A DNA stretch of 64,000 nt from Candidatus Magasanikiibacteriota bacterium. Lineage in GTDB: Bacteria > Patescibacteriota > Patescibacteriia > Magasanikbacterales > GWA2-37-8. The position numbers and the translations under genes are program-made. Location of the stretch: NCBI GenBank assembly GCA_016182085.1, contig JACOYB010000007.1, positions 6,381 to 70,380 of the forward strand. The letters run 5' to 3'. This document shows, piece by piece, positions 19,779 through 28,774 of this stretch. The first letter of the stretch is position 1. Each line of letters begins with the position of its first letter. The notes under the pieces were generated by a model. It did not search any database, was not told the DNA's origin, and was given only the letters and a program-made list of their open reading frames with translations.

Positions 19779-20291
19779 ATGAAACTTGTCAGAGATAAAA
19801 TACCGGAAATAATAAAAAAGAAAGGTGGAAAGCCGATTTTTTATGTTGCCGGCAAGCAAGAATATTGGAATAAGTTAAAAGAAAAATTATTGGAAAAAAC
19901 CAAAGAATTTTTTGCTGATGAAAACATGGAAGAAATGGCCGATATATTGGAAGTAGTAGAGGCGATGCGGTTGTATAAAAAATTTGATAAGAAAAAATTG
20001 GAAGCGATAAAAAAGAAAAAAGCCAAAGAACGAGGTGTTTTTAAGAAAAAAATTATTCTAGAAAAATCTAAATTACCTATGTTAAAACTTGGTAAATACA
20101 GGCATTATAAACAAAAAGAGTATGAAGTTATAGGCGTTGCCAGGCATAGTGAAACAATGGAAGACATGGTAATTTATAAACCCCTTTACAAAAGCGATTC
20201 CGAATTTTGGGTGCGTCCCTTGGCAATGTTTATAGAAAATGTAGAAGTAGACGGCAAAATCATGCCTCGTTTTGAATATATTGGCGAGTAA
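19779..20291 (+). CDS. MazG/PRA-PH-like NTP pyrophosphohydrolase domain fused to DUF1653
   Basis: KLVRDKIPEII...EEMADILEVV, then GKYRHYK..EYEVIGVARHSET.E..V.Y..LY...WVRP..MF. Confidence 0.75.
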   Translation: MKLVRDKIPEIIKKKGGKPIFYVAGKQEYWNKLKEKLLEKTKEFFADENMEEMADILEVVEAMRLYKKFDKKKLEAIKKKKAKERGVFKKKIILEKSKLPMLKLGKYRHYKQKEYEVIGVARHSETMEDMVIYKPLYKSDSEFWVRPLAMFIENVEVDGKIMPRFEYIGE

Positions 20292-20412
20292 TTTATCCCC
20301 GTTTTGGTCTAGATTCAGGTCTTGCCAAAAAATCCTAAATCCTTTAAGATTAAGCAGATAAAAGGGGTATTATTGCCCGTTTCTTACATTACTCATTAAC
20401 ACGCGCGCTTGT

Positions 20413-22170
20413 ATGGCCGTAAAAAATAAAGTAAAAACTGTTTCACGGGAAAGTCTTAAATGGAGAGTTATTGGTATCTTGTTTTTAGCAGTTTTCTGTC
20501 TTTTAGTCGTATTTCCAGCGTACGCCAACAAAGGGATAGATTGGATGAATAAAAAAGCCAATATAGGGTTGCCGAATTTTCCGGCTGCCGGATTTAATTT
20601 AGGTCTTGATCTGCAGGGCGGCGCTCATTTGGTTTACCAGGCAAATACGGATGTAATTCCAGGAAGCGACAGAGCTAGCGCAGTGGAAGGTGTGCGCGAT
20701 GTCATAGAACGGCGTGTGCGCGGCGGACTTGGGGTAGCGGAACCGTTGGTACAGACAACCCGCGTTAATGATGATTATAGAATTATCGTGGAGTTGCCGG
20801 GTATAACCGATGTTAATCAAGCTATAAAAATGATCGGTGAAACTCCGATTTTGGAATTTAAGGAAGAAAGTGATGAACCGCTGCGACCGCTGACTGCCGA
20901 GGAAAAGAAAGAAATGGACGCCTATAACGCCCAAGCGCAAGCCAAGGCCAAGGAAGCGCAAAAGGCAATTATTGAAGGTATGGATTTTGCCGAGGCTGCG
21001 GCAAAATATTCTGAGGATGAAGCTACCAAAACCGATGGTGGTGATTTGACTTTTATTGATGATCAAGTTTTCCCCGAATTTTATAAATGGGCCGCAAGCC
21101 ATAAAGATGGAGAAGTGAGCAAGGAATTAATAAAGAGCTTTGACGGGTTAAATGTTTTAAAAAGATTATCTTCACAAACAACCACGACCGATACGGCCAG
21201 CAGCACGAAAGTTTATAATGTTGCCAGAATTTTAGTTAAAACAAAATCACCTACGGATATCGTGCCTCCGGCAGAGCAATGGAAGGCCTCTGGCTTATCC
21301 GGAAAACAATTAAAGAGAGCCGAAGTAACTCAGGACCCCCAAACCGGACAAGTGCATGTGTCTTTGCAGTTTGATGAAGAAGGCACGCAGTTGTTTGCGG
21401 ATTTAACCAAACGCAATGTAGGCAGGCCGGTAGCGATATTTTTGGATGGATCAGCTATTAGCATTCCACAGGTAAATGAACCTATTTTAACCGGTAATGC
21501 GGTGATTAGCGGCAGTTTTTCTGTACAAGAAGCTAGGCTGCTCTCTCAGCGCCTGAATTCCGGAGCTTTGCCCGTGCCGGTAGAGCTTATCAGCCAGCAA
21601 AAAGTTGATGCCACATTAGGCGCGGATTCTTTACAGAAGAGCTTTATGGCCGGTATTTACGGCCTCATAGCTGTGCTTATTTACATGGTTCTATATTACA
21701 GACTGCCTGGACTGCTGGCAGCGGTATCACTATGTATTTATGTGCTCATAAACTTAGTTCTATTTAAAACCATCAACGTTACTTTAACCTTGTCTGGAAT
21801 CGCCGGTTTTATTTTATCCATCGGTATGGCGGTAGATGCCAACGTGCTTGTCTTTGAAAGGCTTAAAGAAGAATTAAGGGAAGGAAGAAGTTTAAAATCT
21901 GCCGTAGAAGAAGCGTTTGTTAGAGCCTGGCCATCAATTCGCGACAGTAATATTACCACTTTAATAAGTTGTGTATTTATGGTTTGGATGGGCGGTTTTG
22001 TCAAAGGCTTTGCGGTAGTTTTGGCCATTGGTGTTTTGGTAAGTATGTTTTCCGCCATTGTTTTAACCCGCACAATTATGAGAGCTGTTTTGTTGCTTAT
22101 GAAAAGAGAAGAGGGGAATATCTTGTTTTTAGGCTACAAGAAAAAGGAAGAAGTAGTTGTTAATAAATAA
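20413..22170 (+). CDS. secD: Protein translocase subunit SecD with parvulin-like insert
   Basis: LGLDLQGG, IGMAVDANVLVFER, IRDSNITTLI. Confidence 0.95.
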   Translation: MAVKNKVKTVSRESLKWRVIGILFLAVFCLLVVFPAYANKGIDWMNKKANIGLPNFPAAGFNLGLDLQGGAHLVYQANTDVIPGSDRASAVEGVRDVIERRVRGGLGVAEPLVQTTRVNDDYRIIVELPGITDVNQAIKMIGETPILEFKEESDEPLRPLTAEEKKEMDAYNAQAQAKAKEAQKAIIEGMDFAEAAAKYSEDEATKTDGGDLTFIDDQVFPEFYKWAASHKDGEVSKELIKSFDGLNVLKRLSSQTTTTDTASSTKVYNVARILVKTKSPTDIVPPAEQWKASGLSGKQLKRAEVTQDPQTGQVHVSLQFDEEGTQLFADLTKRNVGRPVAIFLDGSAISIPQVNEPILTGNAVISGSFSVQEARLLSQRLNSGALPVPVELISQQKVDATLGADSLQKSFMAGIYGLIAVLIYMVLYYRLPGLLAAVSLCIYVLINLVLFKTINVTLTLSGIAGFILSIGMAVDANVLVFERLKEELREGRSLKSAVEEAFVRAWPSIRDSNITTLISCVFMVWMGGFVKGFAVVLAIGVLVSMFSAIVLTRTIMRAVLLLMKREEGNILFLGYKKKEEVVVNK

Positions 22171-22175
22171 CGAAT

Positions 22176-23084
22176 ATGACTATACCATTTATAAAATATT
22201 CAAAATTCCTGTTAGTATTTAGCGCCCTGGTTACGATTACCTGCGTGGCATTTTTGGCAATGTGGGGTTTGAAACCGGGTATAGACTTCACCAGCGGATC
22301 TTTGATGGAAGTTACCTTTAATACCAGGCCAGAAAACGAAGAATTAAAACAAGTTTTTGATACTATCGGTTTAAAAAACACCTTTTTTCAAAAAACCGGA
22401 GATAAGGCTGTAATTATCAGAACCGATTTTCTTTCCGAAGAGGAACACCAGTCGGTTTTAGCAGGGCTGTCTAAAAAATTTGCTGTTGGCGATAATATTG
22501 TCCATGAAGATAGATTTGAAACTATCGGTCCGGCCATCAGCAAACAATTAAAATCCAGATCTTTATGGGCAATTATAATGGTAAATTTAGGTATTATTGG
22601 TTATGTAGCCTATGCTTTTAGAAAAGTTTCCCGGCCGGTAGCTAGTTGGAAGTATGGAGCCTTGGCCATCGTAGCGCTTTTTCATGATGTGCTTCTGGTA
22701 ATGGGTGTATTTTCCTTCCTAGGCAGATTTTATGGAATAGAGGTAGACACGGCCTTTGTGGTAGCTATTTTAACGGTGCTTGGCTATTCCGTAAATGATA
22801 CTATCGTAGTTTATGACCGTATTCGTGAAAATTTGCTTAGACATAGCGCGGATAGTTTTGCCGAGGTGGTAAATATTGGCTTAAATCAAACTTTAATGCG
22901 TTCTATTAACACCACCTTCAAGACCATGCTGCCGCTCTTCGCTTTATTCTTTTTAGGAGGATTCAGTATCCACTACTTTGCTTTGGCTTTGCTGATAGGT
23001 ATTGCCAGCGGCGCTTATTCTTCCGTGTTTATCGCCAGCCCGCTCTTGGTGGTGGTATATAAATGGCAAGAACGTCGGGCGTAA
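22176..23084 (+). CDS. secF: Protein translocase subunit SecF
   Basis: GIDFTSG, HDV, GYSVNDTIVVYDRIRE, RSINT. Confidence 0.96.
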   Translation: MTIPFIKYSKFLLVFSALVTITCVAFLAMWGLKPGIDFTSGSLMEVTFNTRPENEELKQVFDTIGLKNTFFQKTGDKAVIIRTDFLSEEEHQSVLAGLSKKFAVGDNIVHEDRFETIGPAISKQLKSRSLWAIIMVNLGIIGYVAYAFRKVSRPVASWKYGALAIVALFHDVLLVMGVFSFLGRFYGIEVDTAFVVAILTVLGYSVNDTIVVYDRIRENLLRHSADSFAEVVNIGLNQTLMRSINTTFKTMLPLFALFFLGGFSIHYFALALLIGIASGAYSSVFIASPLLVVVYKWQERRA

Positions 23085-23098
23085 CCCCAACTTCAATA

Positions 23099-23130
23099 AA
23101 CAAAAACCGCCATAATGGCGGTTTTTGTTT
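23099..23130 (+). terminator. Intrinsic terminator
   Basis: AACAAAAACCGCC-ATAAT-GGCGGTTTTTGTT. Confidence 0.75.
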
Positions 23131-23192
23131 TAACTTAAAATATGTTATGATATGGTGAGTAAATTCTATTTAGAAATTAGTAATTTTATCGT

Positions 23193-23354
23193 ATGTCCGA
23201 TAATACGCTGCGCCATCTAGTCGCAATGTGCGCCACCATTATTTGTGCTTTGGCCTATTATAGCGGCTGGGTTTCCGGTCAGTTTGGCTGGTGGTGGACG
23301 ATTTTTGCCATGTTTATAGTATATGGCGGCATTATATCAATTCTTAAGCACTAG
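23193..23354 (+). CDS. 53-aa two-TM small protein (absent from ORF track)
   Basis: MSDNTLRHLVAMCATIICALAYYSGWVSGQFGWWWTIFAMFIVYGGIISILKH*; stop lies 11 nt before the next gene. Confidence 0.6.
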   Translation: MSDNTLRHLVAMCATIICALAYYSGWVSGQFGWWWTIFAMFIVYGGIISILKH

Positions 23355-23365
23355 TACTTCTAAGT

Positions 23366-24775
23366 ATGGGTTTAGAAGGTTTGCCATTTGGATTTACAAT
23401 TGATTTTTCTTTTTGGGGAATGATCCTGAATCTGCCTTCCTCGGAATTAACGCGGGTAGTTTTTGCTATGTTTGGTTGGGCATTTTTGGCTTTGGTGTTT
23501 TTTTTCGTTGGCGCGCATTTGTGGCTTGATCTACGCCAAGATTTAAATGTCCATCACTGGCAATGGGTCGTGCTGGCTGTAGATGTGCCGCCGGATACGG
23601 TACAAAGCCCAAAAGCGGTAGAACAGATATTTGCTCATTTAAGCGGTGCTTTGGATGAGCCAAATTTCGGACAAAAATATTGGGGCGGGGCAAAGCAACG
23701 CTGGTTTAGTTTGGAAATAATCAGTTTAGAAGGATATATTCAATTCTTGGTTTATACCGAAATCGCGCATCGTGATTTGGTGGAAGCAGCTGTTTACGCG
23801 CAGTATCCAATGGCAGAAATTACCGAAGTAGAAGATTACGTAAGTTTGATTCCTAGCAAGTTTCCAAACGAAACGCACAACATGTTTGGCATAGAATTTG
23901 GTCTGGTCGCGGCTGATCCGTATCCAATTCGCACCTACGAGGAATTTGAGCATAACATTATGCCCGATGAGCTTAAATTTAATGATCCGATGGCTTCTAT
24001 TTTGGAAAATTTTACCCGTATCGGCGCGGGCGAGAATTTATGGTTTCAAATTATCATTGAACCAACTTCAAGCAGCTGGAAAGAAAAAGGCATAAAACTC
24101 GTAAAAGAAATTATTGAAAATAAAGCGCCCCACCACGATCAGATCTTTGTGGTTAAAGCGATAAATGTTTTTGCCAGCGAACTGCTTAACGCGATCAAGG
24201 GTCCTTCCGAGGATCATAGTGGCAGTCATGAAGAACGCGAAACACCCGGCAAAGTTTCTGACCTGACTCCAAGAGGCCGAGATACGATCGCGGCCATAGA
24301 AGATAAAATATCCAAGGTTGGATTTAAATCAAAAATGCGTGTTATTTACGCGGCTAAAAAAGAGGTGTTTAATCCCGGCCGTTGTCTGGACGGATTTGTT
24401 GGTTCTATAAATCAGTTTAATTTTACCGGCCGAAATGCCTTGGTGCCGGTTGCGGCAACTAACGCTCACTATTTTTTTAAAAATGCTAAAATTATCGAAC
24501 TTAAAAATAAGTTCATTAAAGCCTATAAAAAACGCAAATTGAAAATGGGAAAAAACCCTTATGTTTTAAATACGGAAGAGCTGGCTACCTTATGGCACTT
24601 CCCGCTGCCGCTGGTTAAGACTCCGTTATTACAAAAGACCGGTGGCAAGAGAGCCGAGCCGCCTATCAACTTGCCTATTGAGGAACTTGCTGAAAGTCCG
24701 CTCAAGAGAAAGACGCCGCCGCCTCCGCCAGAGCCGCCGAAAGAAGAATCGCCGGCCGAATTGCCATACGCGTAA
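23366..24775 (+). CDS. Membrane protein paralogous to the N-terminal region of the VirD4-like ATPase at 33991-36549
   Basis: AQYPMAEITEVEDY vs AQYPHAEITEETDY; NTEELATLWHFP vs NTEEMASFWHLP. Confidence 0.7.
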   Translation: MGLEGLPFGFTIDFSFWGMILNLPSSELTRVVFAMFGWAFLALVFFFVGAHLWLDLRQDLNVHHWQWVVLAVDVPPDTVQSPKAVEQIFAHLSGALDEPNFGQKYWGGAKQRWFSLEIISLEGYIQFLVYTEIAHRDLVEAAVYAQYPMAEITEVEDYVSLIPSKFPNETHNMFGIEFGLVAADPYPIRTYEEFEHNIMPDELKFNDPMASILENFTRIGAGENLWFQIIIEPTSSSWKEKGIKLVKEIIENKAPHHDQIFVVKAINVFASELLNAIKGPSEDHSGSHEERETPGKVSDLTPRGRDTIAAIEDKISKVGFKSKMRVIYAAKKEVFNPGRCLDGFVGSINQFNFTGRNALVPVAATNAHYFFKNAKIIELKNKFIKAYKKRKLKMGKNPYVLNTEELATLWHFPLPLVKTPLLQKTGGKRAEPPINLPIEELAESPLKRKTPPPPPEPPKEESPAELPYA

Positions 24776-24783
24776 TATTTGTT

Positions 24784-24895
24784 GTCATCCCGAACAATGT
24801 CATCCTGAACAAGTTTTCGGGATCTTGCTGTAGGGTAATGATAATTTGTAAGCACTATAAAACCACGGGATTACTTTGTTTCGTTCGCAACGACA
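24784..24895. repeat. Degenerate REP-like elements, one overlapping the 3' end of the minus-strand gene
   Basis: TGTCATCCCGAAC..TGTCATCCTGAAC..GGATCT; minus strand TGTCGTTGCGAACGAAACAAAGTAATC. Confidence 0.55.
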
Positions 24896-25373
24896 GTATG
24901 ATTTCCATACTTCCAACCAAAACTCCGGTATAAAACAAATCTCCAAGCAGGGTATTTTTAAAGAATGGCAAGGCTGCAATGTAGCTCTGCATCAGACCGT
25001 TTAGGTTATGTGGATACATGGTTCCAAAGGCCCATACCGCCCAGTTAGTGATGATAAAGAATAGGATGCTTGCCAGCAGTGTGCCGCCAAGGACGGTGTT
25101 AAGCTTTTTGTGTTTTTGAATTACTAAACCGATAATACCGGTAAGCGCAAAAGTAGCATATACAGATAGCATAACCGGCCAGAGATAAAAACCTAAAACA
25201 ATATCAGTTACAAACATGGTGGCCATAGGTATAAAAATGGCAAATTTTCTTGGTAAGTATATCCCCGAAAACAAAGCAATGGCCGCGATTGGCGCAAAGT
25301 TTGCCGGGTGAGGGAGTAGTCGGGTTGAGATGCCGAGAAGAATAAGAAGAAAGGCGGGAAGGTAGCGCTGCAT
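24855..25373 (-). CDS. DUF6580-like membrane protein, candidate cobalamin S-component transporter
   Basis: RLLPHPANFAPIAAIALFSG, FFIITNWAVW, Y.AALPFF.N; last gene of a B12-riboswitch operon. Confidence 0.75.
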   Translation of the reverse strand: MQRYLPAFLLILLGISTRLLPHPANFAPIAAIALFSGIYLPRKFAIFIPMATMFVTDIVLGFYLWPVMLSVYATFALTGIIGLVIQKHKKLNTVLGGTLLASILFFIITNWAVWAFGTMYPHNLNGLMQSYIAALPFFKNTLLGDLFYTGVLVGSMEIILSLRTKQSNPVVL

Positions 25374-25390
25374 ATGCGTTTATTAATTTA

Positions 25391-27631
25391 TTATTTTTTC
25401 TTCATTACATGGTTAAATCCAAGGTATAGGCCAGTAGCCCCGGCGGCAAGAAGACAAATTATTAGAAGTTTCTTTATCATCCACCTTACAGCAGATGAAT
25501 CAGAACCGGTATTTTTTTGATTTAGTTCTAAATTTTTGTCTGTATTCAAGTCTTCATTTGTAGATATAACTGTGCTCGTCTCAGCACTTATATTTTTATC
25601 TTCAGCTTGCGCCAAGCTCTTTGGTTTGGCGGAAATAGCGCGAGCGGTTTTTACCGGTTTAGCCGTGTTTTCAATTTTTATACCCAAGATTTCACCTTGA
25701 GGTTCTGAATCTGTATTAACTAGCTCAGAGGTAGTTGTGGCAGGGGTAGAGGTTGCTATGGTTGTAGTACTTATTATACTGGTAGTTTCAGCTGAAGTCG
25801 AGGTATTTGCTACAACAGGATTTGAACCCGAGCCTGTTGAAGCCGGAGCCGCGGGAACAACCGGAATGCTGGTAATAATCGGCCATGATTTTCCTAGTAG
25901 TGCCGGGACAGAGTGTTTGGTGGCAAACCAATCAATTCCGTCAGTACTCCAAGGAGATTGATAATAGCCCGAATCATTCACATTGTTTACGAGAACTGAC
26001 CATGGATTTTTATTTTGAGCATTTGTCCACCCTGTTTGACCTTCGCCAAGCGCGTTTAAGCCGTACATGGCCCAACTCGTAGTAAGCGGATCGGACGCAG
26101 TATCAAAGCCCCAGCCGCCATCGTTTAATTGAGTGGTATGCAGATAATTTTTTGCTTGCTGGAAAATTGTTTCATCTACGGCCGCGCCAAAGGTAGAAGC
26201 ATATTTAAGAGCGTTAATAGCGGCGCCGGTAACATCTTGTCCCGGCCATCCGTTCCAGGTAAATGCGCCATTTGCTTGCTGGTCGGCCTTAATCGTTGCC
26301 ACAGCTGCCTGTACAAGTTCATTTGAAGCGTCTTCGCCCGTAGCCAGAAGCGATAAGGTAATAAAAATATCGTCATTAATTCCGTTTTGACCGACAACGC
26401 CCTGGCTAAAGCATTCGTCTTTAATTTTATTTTTTAGTTCTGTAATCTGGCTGCTTGTTTTAGTAACACCGCTGGATAATAGGCCCAAGATATGTCTGGC
26501 GTATTCGGTGCATTTGTTTAAGGTATCAGTGGTAGAAGTTACAACCGCAGAGTTTAGATAATCGTATAGAGAAAAACTGGAAGTTCGGATATCATGAGCG
26601 TATATGCCATTTGCGCCAAATGACATAGCCGACCAATCCGAAGTAGACAAATCAACAATCGCGCCGTTATCTAGTTGCTTTGATTTCAAAAAGTTTAATA
26701 TTTTTTGCACCGCGTTGTTTATTTCGCTTGTGCTTACCGCCGCAGCCGGCCCGGAACCGCTCCCATTTTGCGGAGGTGTTACTGAATCTGTACTAGAAGA
26801 ATTTTCAAGTACAGTAAGGGTTATGGGATTGCTCCATTTGGTCCAATCTAAAGAAATAATTTTGGCATAATATGTACCGGTTGCGGAAAATTTAAAATCT
26901 ACGGTGCCGCTGGCGCTGGTTTGGGTTGTGGTAACCGTAATCGTTTGATCCCACCAGCCGGTTGAAGAAGGGTTGGGAATAGAAATATCTACCAAATTGT
27001 TTTCGTCAGATACCCATGATTCTGATAGATTATCAAATTGATAGCGCCAGGTTTGCAGAGTTGTGGTTGTGTCTAGCGGAAATGTGGTAGTGGAGGCGGA
27101 AATTTTCCAAGGAGTAGAGAAGTAGACGTATATACTTTCACCGCCAGTTAACCAGTATTTGTCCATGCCAGTACTTGGGTAGTTATTGTTTACCACATAA
27201 TTCCAGTTGTAGCAGGCATTTTGGGTAGAAGTTGGTGAGATATTTATACAAGCGAGATAGAAACTATCATAGCCCGCATTATACTGAGCATCTGAAATAG
27301 TAAAAGCATCGCTTTGTTGATCCGCTAAAACGAGAGCAGAAAATACTGTGTTAGTAGTAAGTTGATAATCCAAATTATTTATTGCGTCATGATGTAGGGT
27401 GCTTGTGAGTTCTATGCTGCCTGTCCAGATAATTTGATCTTCGTAACGAAGGGTTAGAGTAGAAGTAGGTAAAGACATGGCTGGAGTGCTCGTGGGCAGT
27501 TCCATTTCCGGAGTAGAAGTATTTATATCAGGAGTAGAGCTGGTTGTGTCGGCGAGCGCCGGTAAAGCCCAGAATAACGTTCCTAAAATTACTAAATATT
27601 TTAATCCTCCTAAACTGTTTTTTATTTGCAT
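25391..27631 (-). CDS. Surface protein: DUF4430-like domain, alpha6/alpha6 (prenyltransferase/squalene-oxidase repeat) barrel, C-terminal TM anchor
   Basis: WNYVVNN..P..G...Y.L..GE.I; repeats FLKSKQLDNG, DQQANGAF, YLHTTQLNDGGWG; S/T stalk. Confidence 0.75.
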   Translation of the reverse strand: MQIKNSLGGLKYLVILGTLFWALPALADTTSSTPDINTSTPEMELPTSTPAMSLPTSTLTLRYEDQIIWTGSIELTSTLHHDAINNLDYQLTTNTVFSALVLADQQSDAFTISDAQYNAGYDSFYLACINISPTSTQNACYNWNYVVNNNYPSTGMDKYWLTGGESIYVYFSTPWKISASTTTFPLDTTTTLQTWRYQFDNLSESWVSDENNLVDISIPNPSSTGWWDQTITVTTTQTSASGTVDFKFSATGTYYAKIISLDWTKWSNPITLTVLENSSSTDSVTPPQNGSGSGPAAAVSTSEINNAVQKILNFLKSKQLDNGAIVDLSTSDWSAMSFGANGIYAHDIRTSSFSLYDYLNSAVVTSTTDTLNKCTEYARHILGLLSSGVTKTSSQITELKNKIKDECFSQGVVGQNGINDDIFITLSLLATGEDASNELVQAAVATIKADQQANGAFTWNGWPGQDVTGAAINALKYASTFGAAVDETIFQQAKNYLHTTQLNDGGWGFDTASDPLTTSWAMYGLNALGEGQTGWTNAQNKNPWSVLVNNVNDSGYYQSPWSTDGIDWFATKHSVPALLGKSWPIITSIPVVPAAPASTGSGSNPVVANTSTSAETTSIISTTTIATSTPATTTSELVNTDSEPQGEILGIKIENTAKPVKTARAISAKPKSLAQAEDKNISAETSTVISTNEDLNTDKNLELNQKNTGSDSSAVRWMIKKLLIICLLAAGATGLYLGFNHVMKKK

Positions 27632-27636
27632 AAAAA

Positions 27637-28224
27637 TTATTTATTTTCGTACCTCCATGTGATTAAATCGTTTGGTTTAAGGGTATAATTTGAGATACCA
27701 ACCTTTGCTTCCTCGTTATTTATATAAAATGTCCAGTAGAAACCGGTAGACGGACTATTTTTCTGGCTATTGATTTCTTCTACGAAATGCCCCAGGCCGG
27801 AAAATACTTTGGTAGAAAACGAGATTTCGTTGCTTTCTCGTAATGCAACCATTGCTTCATAAGCGGTAGCGCCTGGTTTTACAGTTGGATTGTACTCCCT
27901 ATCTTCAATTTTGAATGTAACGGGTATAGTTTCGGTTGAGTTGGTTGGAGGTGGTGGGGACAAAGGGGAGGTGTTGGAGGCGGTATTTGTTCCTGCGGAG
28001 CTAGTTACAGTTTTTTCGTTACTATCGCTAGTTTTATTTTTTAGCACCGCCGGTTTTAAATCTGGTTCAGTTTGAAGGGCGGCGGCAGTGTTTGTGGGGG
28101 CAGTATATAAAGGCGGGGAGGCGTTATTATTATCTGGATTAAGGAATAAGTAGGTTGCGGCAAAAACCGAAATAAAAATCAGAAAAATTAATAGTCGGTG
28201 AAGGAGTTTGTTTGAATTGGGCAT
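27637..28224 (-). CDS. DUF4430 (transcobalamin-like beta domain) membrane-anchored protein
   Basis: TAYEAM...F.GLGHFVEEIN...YWTFYINNEEAKVGISNYTLKPNDLITWRY. Confidence 0.85.
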   Translation of the reverse strand: MPNSNKLLHRLLIFLIFISVFAATYLFLNPDNNNASPPLYTAPTNTAAALQTEPDLKPAVLKNKTSDSNEKTVTSSAGTNTASNTSPLSPPPPTNSTETIPVTFKIEDREYNPTVKPGATAYEAMVALRESNEISFSTKVFSGLGHFVEEINSQKNSPSTGFYWTFYINNEEAKVGISNYTLKPNDLITWRYENK

Positions 28225-28250
28225 ATGCAGTTTTAATTATCCGCGCTAAC

Positions 28251-28279
28251 AAAAAAATCTTTGCCGAGCGGGAAAGATT
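28251..28279 (-). terminator. Riboswitch expression-platform terminator
   Basis: Minus strand AATCTTT-CCCGCTCGGC-AAAGATT-TTTTT; upstream CCGAGCAGGAAA can pair with TTTCCCGCTCGG. Confidence 0.65.
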
Positions 28280-28335
28280 CAAAAATATATGGGTTTTTGT
28301 TTCCTGCTCGGGACTAACCCCATATTTATGGGGCC

Positions 28336-28420
28336 TATATCTGAAGATCGGACTTCTCGCCCAGGGCGAGTTTACCGTTGCGGCACAGTGGAGGAATCAA
28401 ACCTCACTTCCACAGATATA
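28336..28420 (-). ncRNA. Cobalamin riboswitch (short AdoCbl-variant/class II type)
   Basis: TATATCTG-TGGAAGTGAGGTTTGATTCCTCCACTGTGCCGCAACGGTAA-hairpin-AAGTCCGATCTT-CAGATATA. Confidence 0.85.
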
Positions 28421-28441
28421 TTTTAGTTAAATTGTAAAGTT

Positions 28442-28470
28442 AGACTAGCACCTAAATTTTTGAGTGTCAA
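28442..28470 (-). promoter_or_regulatory. Sigma70 promoter of the B12 operon
   Basis: TTGACA-17bp-TAGTCT with TG extension. Confidence 0.65.
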
Positions 28471-28554
28471 ATAAAGGTGTGGATTATTGTTAATTAATAA
28501 ATTTATAGATTCGAGTTGACGGTGTTGAAGAGTGCCCGTCGAACTCTAACGACA

Positions 28555-28752
28555 TTATTTGCCCCGTTTTTCTACAAGCTGCCGGTAGCTTGCAAATCCC
28601 TCCACAGTCTTTCGTTTTTTGCATGTTGGGCAAAAGACGATAACGCCGATGCGGCTTGTCGCCAGGTGTTGGAGTATTCCCGGACAGGAACCCTTGCCTT
28701 CCTTTGGGCTGATAATTCCACCGCAGTAGAGATCTTTTACTCTGAGCGTCAT
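28555..28752 (-). CDS. Small Cys-containing hypothetical protein
   Basis: SD GAGGGG before ATG; C...C...CPTC possible zinc ribbon. Confidence 0.5.
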   Translation of the reverse strand: MTLRVKDLYCGGIISPKEGKGSCPGILQHLATSRIGVIVFCPTCKKRKTVEGFASYRQLVEKRGK

Positions 28753-28774
28753 TGTACACCCCCTCTGTTATTTT

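Noticed and set aside
25391-27631. Squalene-hopene cyclase
   Set aside because: Secreted and TM-anchored single barrel without a DxDD motif; riboswitch context points to B12 binding
28212-28430. 72-aa ORF
   Set aside because: Antisense to the cobalamin riboswitch
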